Positions 1 to 9,412 of a DNA stretch of 64,000 nt are shown in pieces. Under the pieces are notes generated by a model, which saw only the letters and a list, made by a program, of their open reading frames with translations, was not told where the DNA came from and made no database searches. The first letter of the stretch is position 1. Each line of letters opens with the position of its first letter. The stretch is taken from positions 3,359 through 67,358 of the forward strand of contig CAMJKI010000001.1 in assembly GCA_946406355.1 (NCBI GenBank), read 5' to 3'. Both the position numbers and the translations under genes were made by a program. Source of the stretch: an uncultured Bacteroidales bacterium (GTDB lineage Bacteria > Bacteroidota > Bacteroidia > Bacteroidales > UBA932).

Positions 1-1307
1 GATGCCACATCCTCGGCATCCACCACCTTTTCCCTGCCCCGTTTCTTGGCCAGTGACAGGCGCACCATGGAGCCGGCTTCGTCCAGGGCGTCGATGGCCT
101 TGTCGGGCAGCGAACGGTCCGTGAGATAGCGGTCGGTGAGCCGTACGGCGGCCTCCACAGCCTCGTCGGTATAGGTAATGCCGTGAAACTCCTCGTAGCG
201 GGGCTTCAGGTGATACAGGATTTCTATGGACTGCTGTACGTCCGTGGGCTCCACTACAATCTTCTGGAAGCGGCGGTCCAGGGCTCCGTCCTTCTCCACA
301 ATCTTGGCAAATTCGTCCAGGGTTGTGGCGCCGATGCACTGGAATTCGCCGCGGGCCAGAGCAGGCTTGAGCATATTGGCGGCGTCCAGGCTGCCGGACG
401 CGCCGCCGGCGCCCACGATGGTATGGAACTCATCCACAAACAGGATCAGGTCCGGATTCTCCGACGCTTCCTTGATAATGGCCTTGAGCCGTTTCTCAAA
501 ATCGCCGCGGTATTTGGTGCCGGCCACCACCGAGGCAATGTCCAGCGACAGAATGCGCTTGCGGGCCAGTACGGGAGAAATATCCCCCGTGGCTATCCTT
601 TGGGCAATACCCTCCACAATGGCCGATTTACCCACACCGGGCTCGCCGATAAGCATGGGATTGTTCTTCTTGCGTCGTCCCAGGATTTCTATGACGCGGG
701 CAATCTCCATGTCCCGGCCCACCACCGGATCCAGTTTACCCTCCCGGGCCGCCCGGGTTAGATCATAGGCAAACTCTTCTATATCCAGCTTTTTATCGGC
801 CGGTTCTTCCTCGCCCTGAACGGGCTGGTTATCCGGCCTGGCCTCCTCGTCCTCCCCTGCCGGACGGAGCAGCCCTTCATCTTCCATGAAGGCCAGCAAC
901 CGGCCGTAATCCACGCCCCGGGAACGCAGGTACACCTGGCCGTAACTGTCGGTAGTACGGCACAGCGCCAGCAGCAAATGCTGGGGCATGGCAGCGGGAC
1001 TCTTGAGTCGGGAAGCCTCCATTACCGTGATACTGAGCACGTTCTGCGCCTGGCGGGAGAAGGTGATATGATCTATCTGGTCGTAGGGTATGGTTTCGTT
1101 GGTAAAGATGCGCTGGTCGATGAAGGCCTTGAGGTCTACCGGCTCCACGCCCACGCTCCGAAGCGACTGGAAGGCCGCATTTTCCTCGTGACGGATGATT
1201 CCCAGGAAAAGGTGATCCGGGCCGATGCCATAGCTGCCGGTGCGCATGGCCTCTTCGCGGGCATATTTGATGACTGCATTAAGCTCGTCGGAAATTTGAA
1301 TTTGCAT
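1..1307 (-). CDS. clpC: ATP-dependent Clp protease ATP-binding subunit (ClpC/ClpB family), 5' part; runs off the window start
   Basis: Manual minus-strand translation from ATG at 1307: MQIQISDELNAVIKYAREEAMRTGSYGIGPDHLFLGIIR (Clp N-domain), then LDPVVGRDMEIARVIEILGRRKKNNPMLIGEPGVGKSAIVEG (Walker A) and ILFVDEFH (Walker B). Absent from the ORF track because the stop lies outside the window. Confidence 0.92.
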   Translation of the reverse strand, partial: MQIQISDELNAVIKYAREEAMRTGSYGIGPDHLFLGIIRHEENAAFQSLRSVGVEPVDLKAFIDQRIFTNETIPYDQIDHITFSRQAQNVLSITVMEASRLKSPAAMPQHLLLALCRTTDSYGQVYLRSRGVDYGRLLAFMEDEGLLRPAGEDEEARPDNQPVQGEEEPADKKLDIEEFAYDLTRAAREGKLDPVVGRDMEIARVIEILGRRKKNNPMLIGEPGVGKSAIVEGIAQRIATGDISPVLARKRILSLDIASVVAGTKYRGDFEKRLKAIIKEASENPDLILFVDEFHTIVGAGGASGSLDAANMLKPALARGEFQCIGATTLDEFAKIVEKDGALDRRFQKIVVEPTDVQQSIEILYHLKPRYEEFHGITYTDEAVEAAVRLTDRYLTDRSLPDKAIDALDEAGSMVRLSLAKKRGREKVVDAEDVA

Positions 1308-1411
1308 GTATGCACGGATAAGGATTTACAAATCTAATGATTTTTACCTTTATCAACAACCAGACCGACCGGCTTTTCTGTCAAAATGGCAGCTAATCCA
1401 AATAAAAGTCT

Positions 1412-1419
1412 TACCTTTG
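1412..1419 (+). promoter_or_regulatory. Bacteroidota sigma-A -7 element (TACCTTTG)
   Basis: Matches TAnnTTTG about 33 nt upstream of the ATG at 1452. Confidence 0.65.
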
Positions 1420-1451
1420 CAGGCATATTATTTGAAAGTTTTTGCGGCATC

Positions 1452-1970
1452 ATGAAGAAATTGATCGCATTAGCCCTGCTCCTTTGCAGCATCGCCGCCG
1501 GAGCACAGAATTTTGAAGGAACATTCAAACAGGCCAAAACGCTCAAAGTTTCCGGTCGCGTCATCAAAAGTGAAGGCAACATCAGCTTCACTGCACCGGA
1601 CCAGCTGGCCATGCTTTATACCAATCCCGACGGGGATTATTTTATCATCGACGGCCCTATCGTGAGAATGGACCTGCGCGGCGTAACGCTGGATGTGGAC
1701 ACCAAAACCAATAAACTGGTGGCCTCCCAGCGCAACGCCCTCCTGTACAGCCTGGCCGGCAAATATGAAGAAGTGGCCAAAGAAATGGACGCCGATTTAA
1801 CCGTAACGCCGAAAAACGGCGGTAAACACGTGGTAATCAAAGCCCGGAAAGTGCAGGCCAAAGGCTATTCCGGCGTAGAGCTGGACTATGGAAAAGACGG
1901 CCGCATTACCCGGATGGTCCTGGAGGAATTCGGCGGCATCTCTACCGAATACGTCCTCAACAGCAAATAG
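1452..1970 (+). CDS. LolA-like outer-membrane lipoprotein carrier protein
   Basis: Signal peptide MKKLIALALLLCSIAAGA; F.Q.K...SEG.I.F..PD.L...Y..P pattern typical of LolA-like proteins. Confidence 0.7.
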   Translation: MKKLIALALLLCSIAAGAQNFEGTFKQAKTLKVSGRVIKSEGNISFTAPDQLAMLYTNPDGDYFIIDGPIVRMDLRGVTLDVDTKTNKLVASQRNALLYSLAGKYEEVAKEMDADLTVTPKNGGKHVVIKARKVQAKGYSGVELDYGKDGRITRMVLEEFGGISTEYVLNSK

Positions 1971-1975
1971 TTCCG

Positions 1976-2452
1976 CTATAAATACAGCGCGTGCGTGTTC
2001 TTGATCTCGTCCATCACAAAGGACGAGAGGATGGAGCCTATGGAGTCGATGGTACCCAGTACGTTGATAATAAACTCGTTATAGTACTTCATATCCGGCG
2101 CCTGGATCTTTAGCAGATAGTCGTACTCGCCCGATATATTATAACACTCGGCCACCTGCGGAATATCCCGGATTACTGAAATAAAGTCCTTGGCGGTAGA
2201 ACGGGTCATCTGCTTCAGTTTTACCGAACAGAACACCGTAAAACCCCGGCCCAGCTTTTCGGCATCCAGTATGGCTACATATTTTTGGATGAATCCACCT
2301 TTTTCCAGGCGTTTCAGGCGCTCGAAAACCGGCGTAGTGGAAAGGTTTACCCGTGCCGCCAGCTCCTTGGTGGTGAGCCGGGCGTTCTCCTGCAGGGCCC
2401 GCAAAATCTGTAAATCGGTATTATCCAGTTCTATGTCTACCATGGCACCCAT
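1976..2452 (-). CDS. Lrp/AsnC family transcriptional regulator
   Basis: LDNTDLQILRALQENARLTTKELAARVNLSTTPVFERLKRLE HTH and ECYNISGEYDYLLK RAM domain; divergent from the met operon. Confidence 0.95.
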   Translation of the reverse strand: MGAMVDIELDNTDLQILRALQENARLTTKELAARVNLSTTPVFERLKRLEKGGFIQKYVAILDAEKLGRGFTVFCSVKLKQMTRSTAKDFISVIRDIPQVAECYNISGEYDYLLKIQAPDMKYYNEFIINVLGTIDSIGSILSSFVMDEIKNTHALYL

Positions 2453-2596
2453 TCTGTTTTTGTCTAAATATTCGTCCGAATTAATACAATTATTCTATAT
2501 TCACATGCAAAATTAGCAAAATATTCCAAATACTCAAAAATACTTGTGAAAGTATTCTGTATTCCCTATTTTTGTTCCCCAGAAAAAGTTAGTAGT

Positions 2597-3877
2597 ATGG
2601 CAAAAATAGACACCCGTTGCGTTCATGCCGGCTATGAGCCGGGAAAGGGGGAACCCCGACAGATTCCCATTATACAGAGCACCACTTTTAAATATGAGAC
2701 CTCCGACCAGATGGGCAAACTCTTCGACCTGGAAGAGAGTGGATACTTCTATACCCGGCTTCAGAATCCCACTTCGGACATTGTGGCCGCCCAGCTTAAC
2801 GACCTGGAAGGCGGCGTAGGTGCCATTCTCACTTCTTCCGGCCAGGCCGCCAACCTCTTTGCCTGCCTGAACATCAGCAGGTCCGGCGACCATATTATTG
2901 CTGCCAACAACATCTATGGCGGCACCTTTAACCTGCTGGGCGTAACGCTGCAGCAGATGGGTATCGAGGTCACGTTCCTCTCGGCCGACAGCACGGATGC
3001 CCAGATTGAAGCCGCCATCCGGCCCAACACCAAGCTTATCTTCGGCGAAACGCTTTCCAATCCCGGCGTGGAAGTATTTGATATCCAGCGCTGGGCAAAC
3101 GTAGCACACAAGAACGGCCTGCCGCTGGTGGTAGACAACACCTTCCCTACCCCCTTCCTCTGCCGTCCCTTTGAATGGGGGGCCGATATCGTAACCCATT
3201 CCACCACCAAATACATTGACGGACACGGCGTCAGCGTAGGCGGAGCCGTAGTGGACAGCGGCAACTTCCCCTGGGACAAGTACCCGGAGCGCTTCCCCGG
3301 CCTCACCACGCCCGACGAATCCTATCACGGACTCACCTACACCAAGAAATTCGGCAAAGCCGCTTATATAGTTAAGGCCACCACGCACCTGATGCGGGAT
3401 CTGGGCAGCACGCAGAGCCCCCAAAACGCTTTTTACCTGCATCTGGGCCTGCAAACCCTGCACCTCAGGATGAAGCGGCACAGCGAAAGCGCCCTCGCCG
3501 TGGCCCAATGGCTGCAAAACCGTCCGGAAGTGGCCTGGGTACACTATCCCGGCCTGGAGAACGACGCCCACCGGGCCCTGGCCAAAAAGTACCTCCCCGA
3601 CGGCTGCAGCGGTGTAATAGCCTTCGGCCTCAAGGGCGGACGCGCCTTCGACAACCGCTTCCTGGATGCCCTCAGGCTCATTACCATAGAAACGCACGTG
3701 GCCGATTGCCACACCTGCGTACTGCACCCGGCCTCCCATACGCACCGCCAGCTCTCCGACGAGCAGCTCCGTGCAGCGGGTATCGCTCCGGACCTCATCC
3801 GCCTGAGCATCGGCCTGGAAGCTCCCGAAGACATCCTCGCCGACCTGGAACAAGCGCTTAGCACGGCAAAAGCTTAA
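2597..3877 (+). CDS. metY: O-acetylhomoserine aminocarboxypropyltransferase (sulfhydrylase)
   Basis: YTRLQNPT, VDNTF, PLP-lysine motif HSTTKYIDGHG, HPASHTHRQL, IRLSIGLE. Confidence 0.92.
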   Translation: MAKIDTRCVHAGYEPGKGEPRQIPIIQSTTFKYETSDQMGKLFDLEESGYFYTRLQNPTSDIVAAQLNDLEGGVGAILTSSGQAANLFACLNISRSGDHIIAANNIYGGTFNLLGVTLQQMGIEVTFLSADSTDAQIEAAIRPNTKLIFGETLSNPGVEVFDIQRWANVAHKNGLPLVVDNTFPTPFLCRPFEWGADIVTHSTTKYIDGHGVSVGGAVVDSGNFPWDKYPERFPGLTTPDESYHGLTYTKKFGKAAYIVKATTHLMRDLGSTQSPQNAFYLHLGLQTLHLRMKRHSESALAVAQWLQNRPEVAWVHYPGLENDAHRALAKKYLPDGCSGVIAFGLKGGRAFDNRFLDALRLITIETHVADCHTCVLHPASHTHRQLSDEQLRAAGIAPDLIRLSIGLEAPEDILADLEQALSTAKA

Positions 3878-3954
3878 TGAAAGTGAACTGAACATGTTTT
3901 TCCATGTTTCATGAGCGGAAGGGAAGATGATTTTCCCTGCAGCGATAAAACAAA

Positions 3955-4947
3955 ATGAAAAGACACGAGATCATAACGGATATCGCTTTGGAAGCCGGGG
4001 GCACGTTGAAGAACGCGCACCTGGTTTTTCATACATCGGATCGCTGGCAGGGAAAGGTAATCTGGATTTGCCATGCCCTTACGGCCAACAGCAACCCCGA
4101 GGACTGGTGGCCGGAGATGGTGGGGCCCGGCAAACCCATCGACACGGAAAAGAACTTTGTGGTTTGTGTGAACAAACTGGGTTCTCCCTATGGGTCGGAA
4201 AGCCCCGCCAGCACGAATCCCGCCACGGGAAAGCCCTGGCTGCTGGATTTCCCCCGCATCACGGTCCGGGACCTGATCTCCGCCATGATAGCCGTTCGGA
4301 AGCATCTGGGTATTAACGAGATAGATCTTCTTATCGGCAGTTCTACCGGTGGCTTCCAGGCCTTGGAATGGGCCATTACGGAACCGAATCTTTTCCACCG
4401 CTGCGCCTTCCTGGCCACGGCCCCCCGGGTATCTCCCTTCTTCGGCGCCACCGTGGAAGCCCAGCGCATGGCCCTGGAGGCCGATCCCACATTCCGGGAA
4501 GCTGCTTCCCTGCAGGGCGGAGCCGCCGGGCTCAAATGCGCCCGCGCACAGGCCCTCATCAGCTACCGCTGCTTCCAGGGCTATGCCCTTACCCAGAGCG
4601 AGCAGGATCCCGACACCCTGTTTGCCTCCCGCGTTGCCTCCTACGAGCGCTACCAGGGCGAAAAGCTGGTAAAGCGCCAGTTTGACGCCTACTCCTACTA
4701 CACGCTTTGCAACCTGATAGACAGCCAGAATGTGGGCCGCGGCCGGGGTGGCGTACGGGCCGCACTGGCACGCATCAAGGCGCAGTGCATTGTAGTAGCC
4801 ATTGACACCGACGCCCTTTTCCCGCCCCGGGAAGGACGAGAATGGGCCTCCTGGATACCTGGAGCCCGCTTTTTTGAAATAACCTCCAACTTCGGCCACG
4901 ACGGATTCCTCCTGGAAACCGCCAAACTGACGGCCCTTTTAATGTAA
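3955..4947 (+). CDS. metX: Homoserine O-acetyltransferase (MetX family)
   Basis: ICHALTANS, WW..MVGPGKPIDT, nucleophile GSSTGG, C-terminal FGHDGFLLE. Confidence 0.92.
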   Translation: MKRHEIITDIALEAGGTLKNAHLVFHTSDRWQGKVIWICHALTANSNPEDWWPEMVGPGKPIDTEKNFVVCVNKLGSPYGSESPASTNPATGKPWLLDFPRITVRDLISAMIAVRKHLGINEIDLLIGSSTGGFQALEWAITEPNLFHRCAFLATAPRVSPFFGATVEAQRMALEADPTFREAASLQGGAAGLKCARAQALISYRCFQGYALTQSEQDPDTLFASRVASYERYQGEKLVKRQFDAYSYYTLCNLIDSQNVGRGRGGVRAALARIKAQCIVVAIDTDALFPPREGREWASWIPGARFFEITSNFGHDGFLLETAKLTALLM

Positions 4948-4951
4948 GCCT

Positions 4952-7312
4952 ATGCAAGTACTAAAATTTGGCGGCAGCTCCGTAGCCAGTGCCGCAGCCA
5001 TGCGGCAAGTAATCGATATCGTAGAAAAGGCCCTGGACGGGGACCGTACCCTGGTGGTGTGTTCCGCCATCGGCGGTTGTACCGACGAACTTATCCGGAT
5101 AGGAAAGGAGGCAGCCGCCCGGGATGCTGCCTACCTGCCCACCCTGGAAGCGCTGCAGGACAGGCACAACAGGATTATCGCCGAATTGCTTCCGGAAGGG
5201 TACCGGAGCAAGACGCAGGATACCGTGGACGGGCTGTTCCGGGAACTGGAAAGCCTGGTGCGCGGCGTCTTCCTGGTGGGAGAACTGTCCCCTACCAGCC
5301 TGGCGGCCATCGAGAGCTTCGGCGAGTTGCTTTCTACCCGCATCATCACTGCCAAATTCCAGTCCCTGGGCATCACCTGCCGATGGCTGGATTCCCGGGA
5401 GATTATCCGGCTGCACGGCGGCACCGTAGATGAGGCCGAAACCACCAAACGCATCCGGGAAACCCTGGAAAAGTATCCGCATGCCGAGCTCTTTATAGTT
5501 CCGGGCTTTATTGCCCGCGAGGATGACGGTCGGCCGGCTACCCTGGGCCGCGGCGGATCCGACTACACCGCCTCCCTCTTTGCCGTGGGCCTGCACGCCC
5601 GCCGCGTAGAAATCTGGACCGACGTTCCCGGCATTCTCACCGCCCATCCCAAGGTGGTGCCCACCGCCCGGCCCATCTCCCACATCTCTTACCGCGCCGC
5701 GCAGGAGCTTTCCCACTTCGGCGCCAAGGTCATCTATCCGCCCACCATCCAACCGGTTGTGGCAGAGGGCATTCCCATTTACGTAAAGGATACCTTCCAT
5801 CCCGACGAGCCGGGTACTCTGGTGGAAAAGAATCCCCCGCGCACACGGGGTGGCGTTATCGGCATTGCCCATTCCGAGGGTATTGCCCTGCTTTCCCTGG
5901 AAGGCAGCGGCATGGTGGGTGTTCCGGGCTTCAGTTCCCGCCTGTTTGACGCCCTTTCCCGCGAAGGCATCAATATTATCCTCATCACCCAGGCTTCGTC
6001 GGTGCATTCCATGTGCATCGCCGTGGCCGAGGCCGATGCGCAGCGCGCCCGGAAGGCCGGGGAAGCCTGCTTTGCCTATGAAATCTCGCTGGGCAAACTG
6101 AATCCCCTGAAGGTAGAGACGGGTTTCTCCATTGTGTGCGTAATCGGCGACGACATGCTGGGCCACAGCGGCGCCACCGGCCAGATGCTGGCCGCCCTGG
6201 GACGCCACAGCATCCCGGTCCGCGCCACCGCACAGGGGTCGTCGGAGAGGAATATTTCCGTAATTGTGCCCTCTAACCGCTCTGAGGAAGCCATTCGCGC
6301 CATCCATCACGAATTCTTCGACAAGTTTGATACCCAGGTGATTCCGCTGTTTATTGCGGGGTACGGGCGCGTCGGAAAAGCCCTTGTGGAGATGCTGCGC
6401 GACAACGCCGCCGCCATTGCCAAACGCTCCGGAAAAGAGCTGCGCGTGTGCGGCCTGGCCAGGAGTAAAAAGTTTGTGATAGACACCGAAGGCATCGACC
6501 TCTCCAAGGCCGGCGAACTGCTGGAAAAGGGCAGTACCGGTTCTTACATCGACGCTCTCTGCGCCCTGTCCATGGAGAGCCCCATCTTCCTGGACTGCAC
6601 GGCCAACGAAGATATCGGTTTCCGCTATCCGGACCTCTTCCACAGCGGCTATAGCGTAGTGGCCTGCAACAAGATTCCGTTCTCGGGTACTTACGCGCAA
6701 TTCAAGAGCCTGCAGAAGGAGGCACACAAAGCCGGCGTATCCCTGCGGTACGAAACCACCGCCGGCGCCGCCCTGCCGGTACTGGTTACCCTGGACCGCG
6801 TTGTCCAGAGCGGTGACACCCTGGTGCGCATGGACGCCGTGCTCTCCGGAACGCTCAACTACCTGCTGGACAATTACAAGGGCAGCGGTTGGGACGAACT
6901 GGTGGAGGACGCCCGCATCAAGGGTTACACGGAACCGGACCCGTCTATCGACCTTTCCGGCAAGGACGTGCTGCGTAAGATCCTCATCCTGAGCCGACAG
7001 GCCGGCATTCCGCTGGAAGAGAAGCAGGTAGCGCTGGAGCCCATTCCCGCCAACATTGCCGAGCGCTATTCGGCCGCTGCCGCCAAGGGATTGAAGCTAA
7101 GGTATGTAGCTTCGGTAGATGTGAAGGGCAACGCCACGGTGGGCCTGCAGGAAGTAGGCCCCGACAGCCCGCTGTACGCACTCCGGGGCACCGACAACGC
7201 CATCATGATTACCACCGGCGACTACCCCTCCCCCATGCTCATCCAGGGCGCAGGCGCCGGCACCCGCCAGACCGCCGGCGGGCTGTTGAACGACATAATG
7301 CTGTCCTTGTAG
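4952..7312 (+). CDS. thrA: Bifunctional aspartate kinase / homoserine dehydrogenase
   Basis: KFGGSSV, TLGRGGSDYTA, ACT domains, GYGRVG, YETTAGAALP, GYTEPDP..DLSG.D..RK, GAGAG. Confidence 0.93.
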   Translation: MQVLKFGGSSVASAAAMRQVIDIVEKALDGDRTLVVCSAIGGCTDELIRIGKEAAARDAAYLPTLEALQDRHNRIIAELLPEGYRSKTQDTVDGLFRELESLVRGVFLVGELSPTSLAAIESFGELLSTRIITAKFQSLGITCRWLDSREIIRLHGGTVDEAETTKRIRETLEKYPHAELFIVPGFIAREDDGRPATLGRGGSDYTASLFAVGLHARRVEIWTDVPGILTAHPKVVPTARPISHISYRAAQELSHFGAKVIYPPTIQPVVAEGIPIYVKDTFHPDEPGTLVEKNPPRTRGGVIGIAHSEGIALLSLEGSGMVGVPGFSSRLFDALSREGINIILITQASSVHSMCIAVAEADAQRARKAGEACFAYEISLGKLNPLKVETGFSIVCVIGDDMLGHSGATGQMLAALGRHSIPVRATAQGSSERNISVIVPSNRSEEAIRAIHHEFFDKFDTQVIPLFIAGYGRVGKALVEMLRDNAAAIAKRSGKELRVCGLARSKKFVIDTEGIDLSKAGELLEKGSTGSYIDALCALSMESPIFLDCTANEDIGFRYPDLFHSGYSVVACNKIPFSGTYAQFKSLQKEAHKAGVSLRYETTAGAALPVLVTLDRVVQSGDTLVRMDAVLSGTLNYLLDNYKGSGWDELVEDARIKGYTEPDPSIDLSGKDVLRKILILSRQAGIPLEEKQVALEPIPANIAERYSAAAAKGLKLRYVASVDVKGNATVGLQEVGPDSPLYALRGTDNAIMITTGDYPSPMLIQGAGAGTRQTAGGLLNDIMLSL

Positions 7313-7420
7313 TCTAAAGCACACTTTCGGCCTTCCAGCGCCCAAAACGTGCTTTACCCCTCTCCATATTTTCGTCTAAAGCACACTTTGGCTCACAGAA
7401 TAGCGAAAGTGTGCTTTAGA
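7312..7420. repeat. Tandem pair of REP-like palindromes (GTCTAAAGCACACTTT units)
   Basis: GTCTAAAGCACACTTT at 7312-7327 and 7374-7389; inverted arms AAAACGTGCTTTA (7344-7356) and AAAGTGTGCTTTAGA (7406-7420). Confidence 0.8.
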
Positions 7421-7450
7421 ATGACTATATTTGTGCAAATTGACAGTATA

Positions 7451-9412
7451 ATGAAACGTTTTCTCCTCCTTGCGGCGGTGCTTTTCACCGTCCTGCCGGC
7501 CCGGGCCGATGAAGGCATGTGGCTGCCGTCCCTCATTTCCCAGCGCATTGCCGACATGCAGGCCAAGGGCCTCAAATTATCGGCCGATGACATTTACAGT
7601 GTGAACCATTCCTCGCTCAAGGACGCCGTGGTGCTCTTTGGCGGCGGCTGCACGGGAGAGCTGGTGAGTGACGAGGGCCTCCTTTTCACCAACCACCACT
7701 GCGGCTACAGCTACATCCAGCGGCATTCTTCCGTGGAGCACGACTATCTGAAGGATGGTTTCTGGGCCCGCAACCGGAACGAGGAGCTGGCCAATCCGGG
7801 CCTCACCGTCCGCTTCCTGGTAAAGATGGAAGACGTGACGGCCGCGGTGCTTAAAGGCGACAAGCCCAAGCTCACGGAGGATCAGCGGAATGCCCTCATC
7901 AAGAAGAATATAGAGGCTTTGCGCAAGCTGGAGACAGATCCCGCGAAGGGGCTGGTGGCCCAGGTGAACTCCCTGTATTACGGCAACCAGTACTTCCTGT
8001 ATGTGTTCCAGGAGTTCCGCGACGTGCGCCTGGTGGGTGCCCCGCCGTCCTCCATCGGCAAATTCGGCGGAGAGACGGACAACTGGATGTGGCCCCGCCA
8101 TACCGGAGATTTCTCCATCTTCCGCATCTATGCCGATAAGGACGGGAATCCGGCCGATTATTCCCCGGAAAACGTTCCCTACCATCCCAAGAAGTCCTTC
8201 ACCGTTTCCCGGAAGGGTGTAAGCGAAGGCGACTTCACCTTTGTGTACGGCTGCCCCGGCAGCACCCAGGAATATGTGCATTCGGAGGCCGTCCGCTACA
8301 CCCAGGATATCTCTGATCCTGAGAAGATTGCCCTCCGTACCCAGCGCCTGGAGATCATGAAGAAATACATGGACCAGAGCCAGGCCGTCCGCATCCAGTA
8401 TTCCTCCAAATACGCCTCCGTGGCCAATGCCTGGAAGAAGTGGCAGGGAGAGGAAAAGGGTCTTCGCAAGAACAAGATAGTTCCTCAGAAGCAGGCATAT
8501 GAGAAGCGTTTTGCCGAATGGGCCGTGGGCACCCGCTACGAGGGTCTTGTGGAACGTTTGGCTCAGCTATATACCGCCCGTGAACCCATCTACCGGGCCT
8601 ATGAATACTACAACGAGACCGTCCGGACCATCGAGCGGCTAAACATGGCGGCTAACCCCAATTTCAACCGCAAGGACTACTACGAACCCATTGATTCAGA
8701 GATGTTTGTAGCCATGATGGAAGCCTTTGATAAAGCGCTGGACGACAGCTACAAGCCGGCGCTCTTCCTGCAGAAACGCGCGGAATACGGCTCCATGGAG
8801 AAGTGGCGGGACGCCGTCTTTGCCGACAGCCTGGAGGCCCGCGAACTGTCCAAGGCCTTCACGGATTACGTGAACGAGAATCTGGCGCCGCAGGTATCGG
8901 CCCTTAACCAGTCCATCGAGAAGTGTTATCACGACTATATGCAGGGTCAGATGGAGTTTGAGTCTGAGAAAGCTTTCTATCCGGACGCCAACCTTACCCT
9001 CCGCATTGCCTACGGATCCGTAGCGGGTTACAGCCCCTCCGACGCCATTTATTATCGGCCTGTGAGCACGCTCAAGGGCATTATCGAGAAAGACAATCCG
9101 GACATCTTTGACTACGACATTCCGCAGGTTTTAAGGGACATTTATGCCCAGGGTGGGCACGAGGCCCAGCCGGTGTGCTTCCTGGCCACCAACCATACCA
9201 CCGGTGGCAATTCCGGTTCTCCGGTGCTCAACGCCGATGGACAGCTGGTGGGCATCAATTTCGACCGCGTGTGGGAAGGCACCATGAGCGACCTGGCCTT
9301 CGACCCGGAAATCTGCCGCAACATCTCTCTGGACATCCGCTACCTGCTGTTTACCATCAAAGAGATCGGCCATGCCGATTATCTCTTTGACGAGATGCAC
9401 TTTGCGGATTAA
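7451..9412 (+). CDS. S46 family dipeptidyl-peptidase (DPP11-like)
   Basis: ADEGMWLP, TNHHC, DNWMWPRHTGDFS, catalytic TTGGNSGSPV, GINFDRVWEG; TATATTTG promoter at 7426-7433. Confidence 0.93.
   Translation: MKRFLLLAAVLFTVLPARADEGMWLPSLISQRIADMQAKGLKLSADDIYSVNHSSLKDAVVLFGGGCTGELVSDEGLLFTNHHCGYSYIQRHSSVEHDYLKDGFWARNRNEELANPGLTVRFLVKMEDVTAAVLKGDKPKLTEDQRNALIKKNIEALRKLETDPAKGLVAQVNSLYYGNQYFLYVFQEFRDVRLVGAPPSSIGKFGGETDNWMWPRHTGDFSIFRIYADKDGNPADYSPENVPYHPKKSFTVSRKGVSEGDFTFVYGCPGSTQEYVHSEAVRYTQDISDPEKIALRTQRLEIMKKYMDQSQAVRIQYSSKYASVANAWKKWQGEEKGLRKNKIVPQKQAYEKRFAEWAVGTRYEGLVERLAQLYTAREPIYRAYEYYNETVRTIERLNMAANPNFNRKDYYEPIDSEMFVAMMEAFDKALDDSYKPALFLQKRAEYGSMEKWRDAVFADSLEARELSKAFTDYVNENLAPQVSALNQSIEKCYHDYMQGQMEFESEKAFYPDANLTLRIAYGSVAGYSPSDAIYYRPVSTLKGIIEKDNPDIFDYDIPQVLRDIYAQGGHEAQPVCFLATNHTTGGNSGSPVLNADGQLVGINFDRVWEGTMSDLAFDPEICRNISLDIRYLLFTIKEIGHADYLFDEMHFAD

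Noticed and set aside
183-1337. Plus-strand ORFs at the window start
   Set aside because: Shadow ORFs of the minus-strand clpC gene.
3880-3955. SAM-II riboswitch (TGATTT...TGCAGCG...ATAAA resemblance)
   Set aside because: It lacks the GCTAAA pseudoknot strand and P1 pairing; kept only as an unclassified candidate element.
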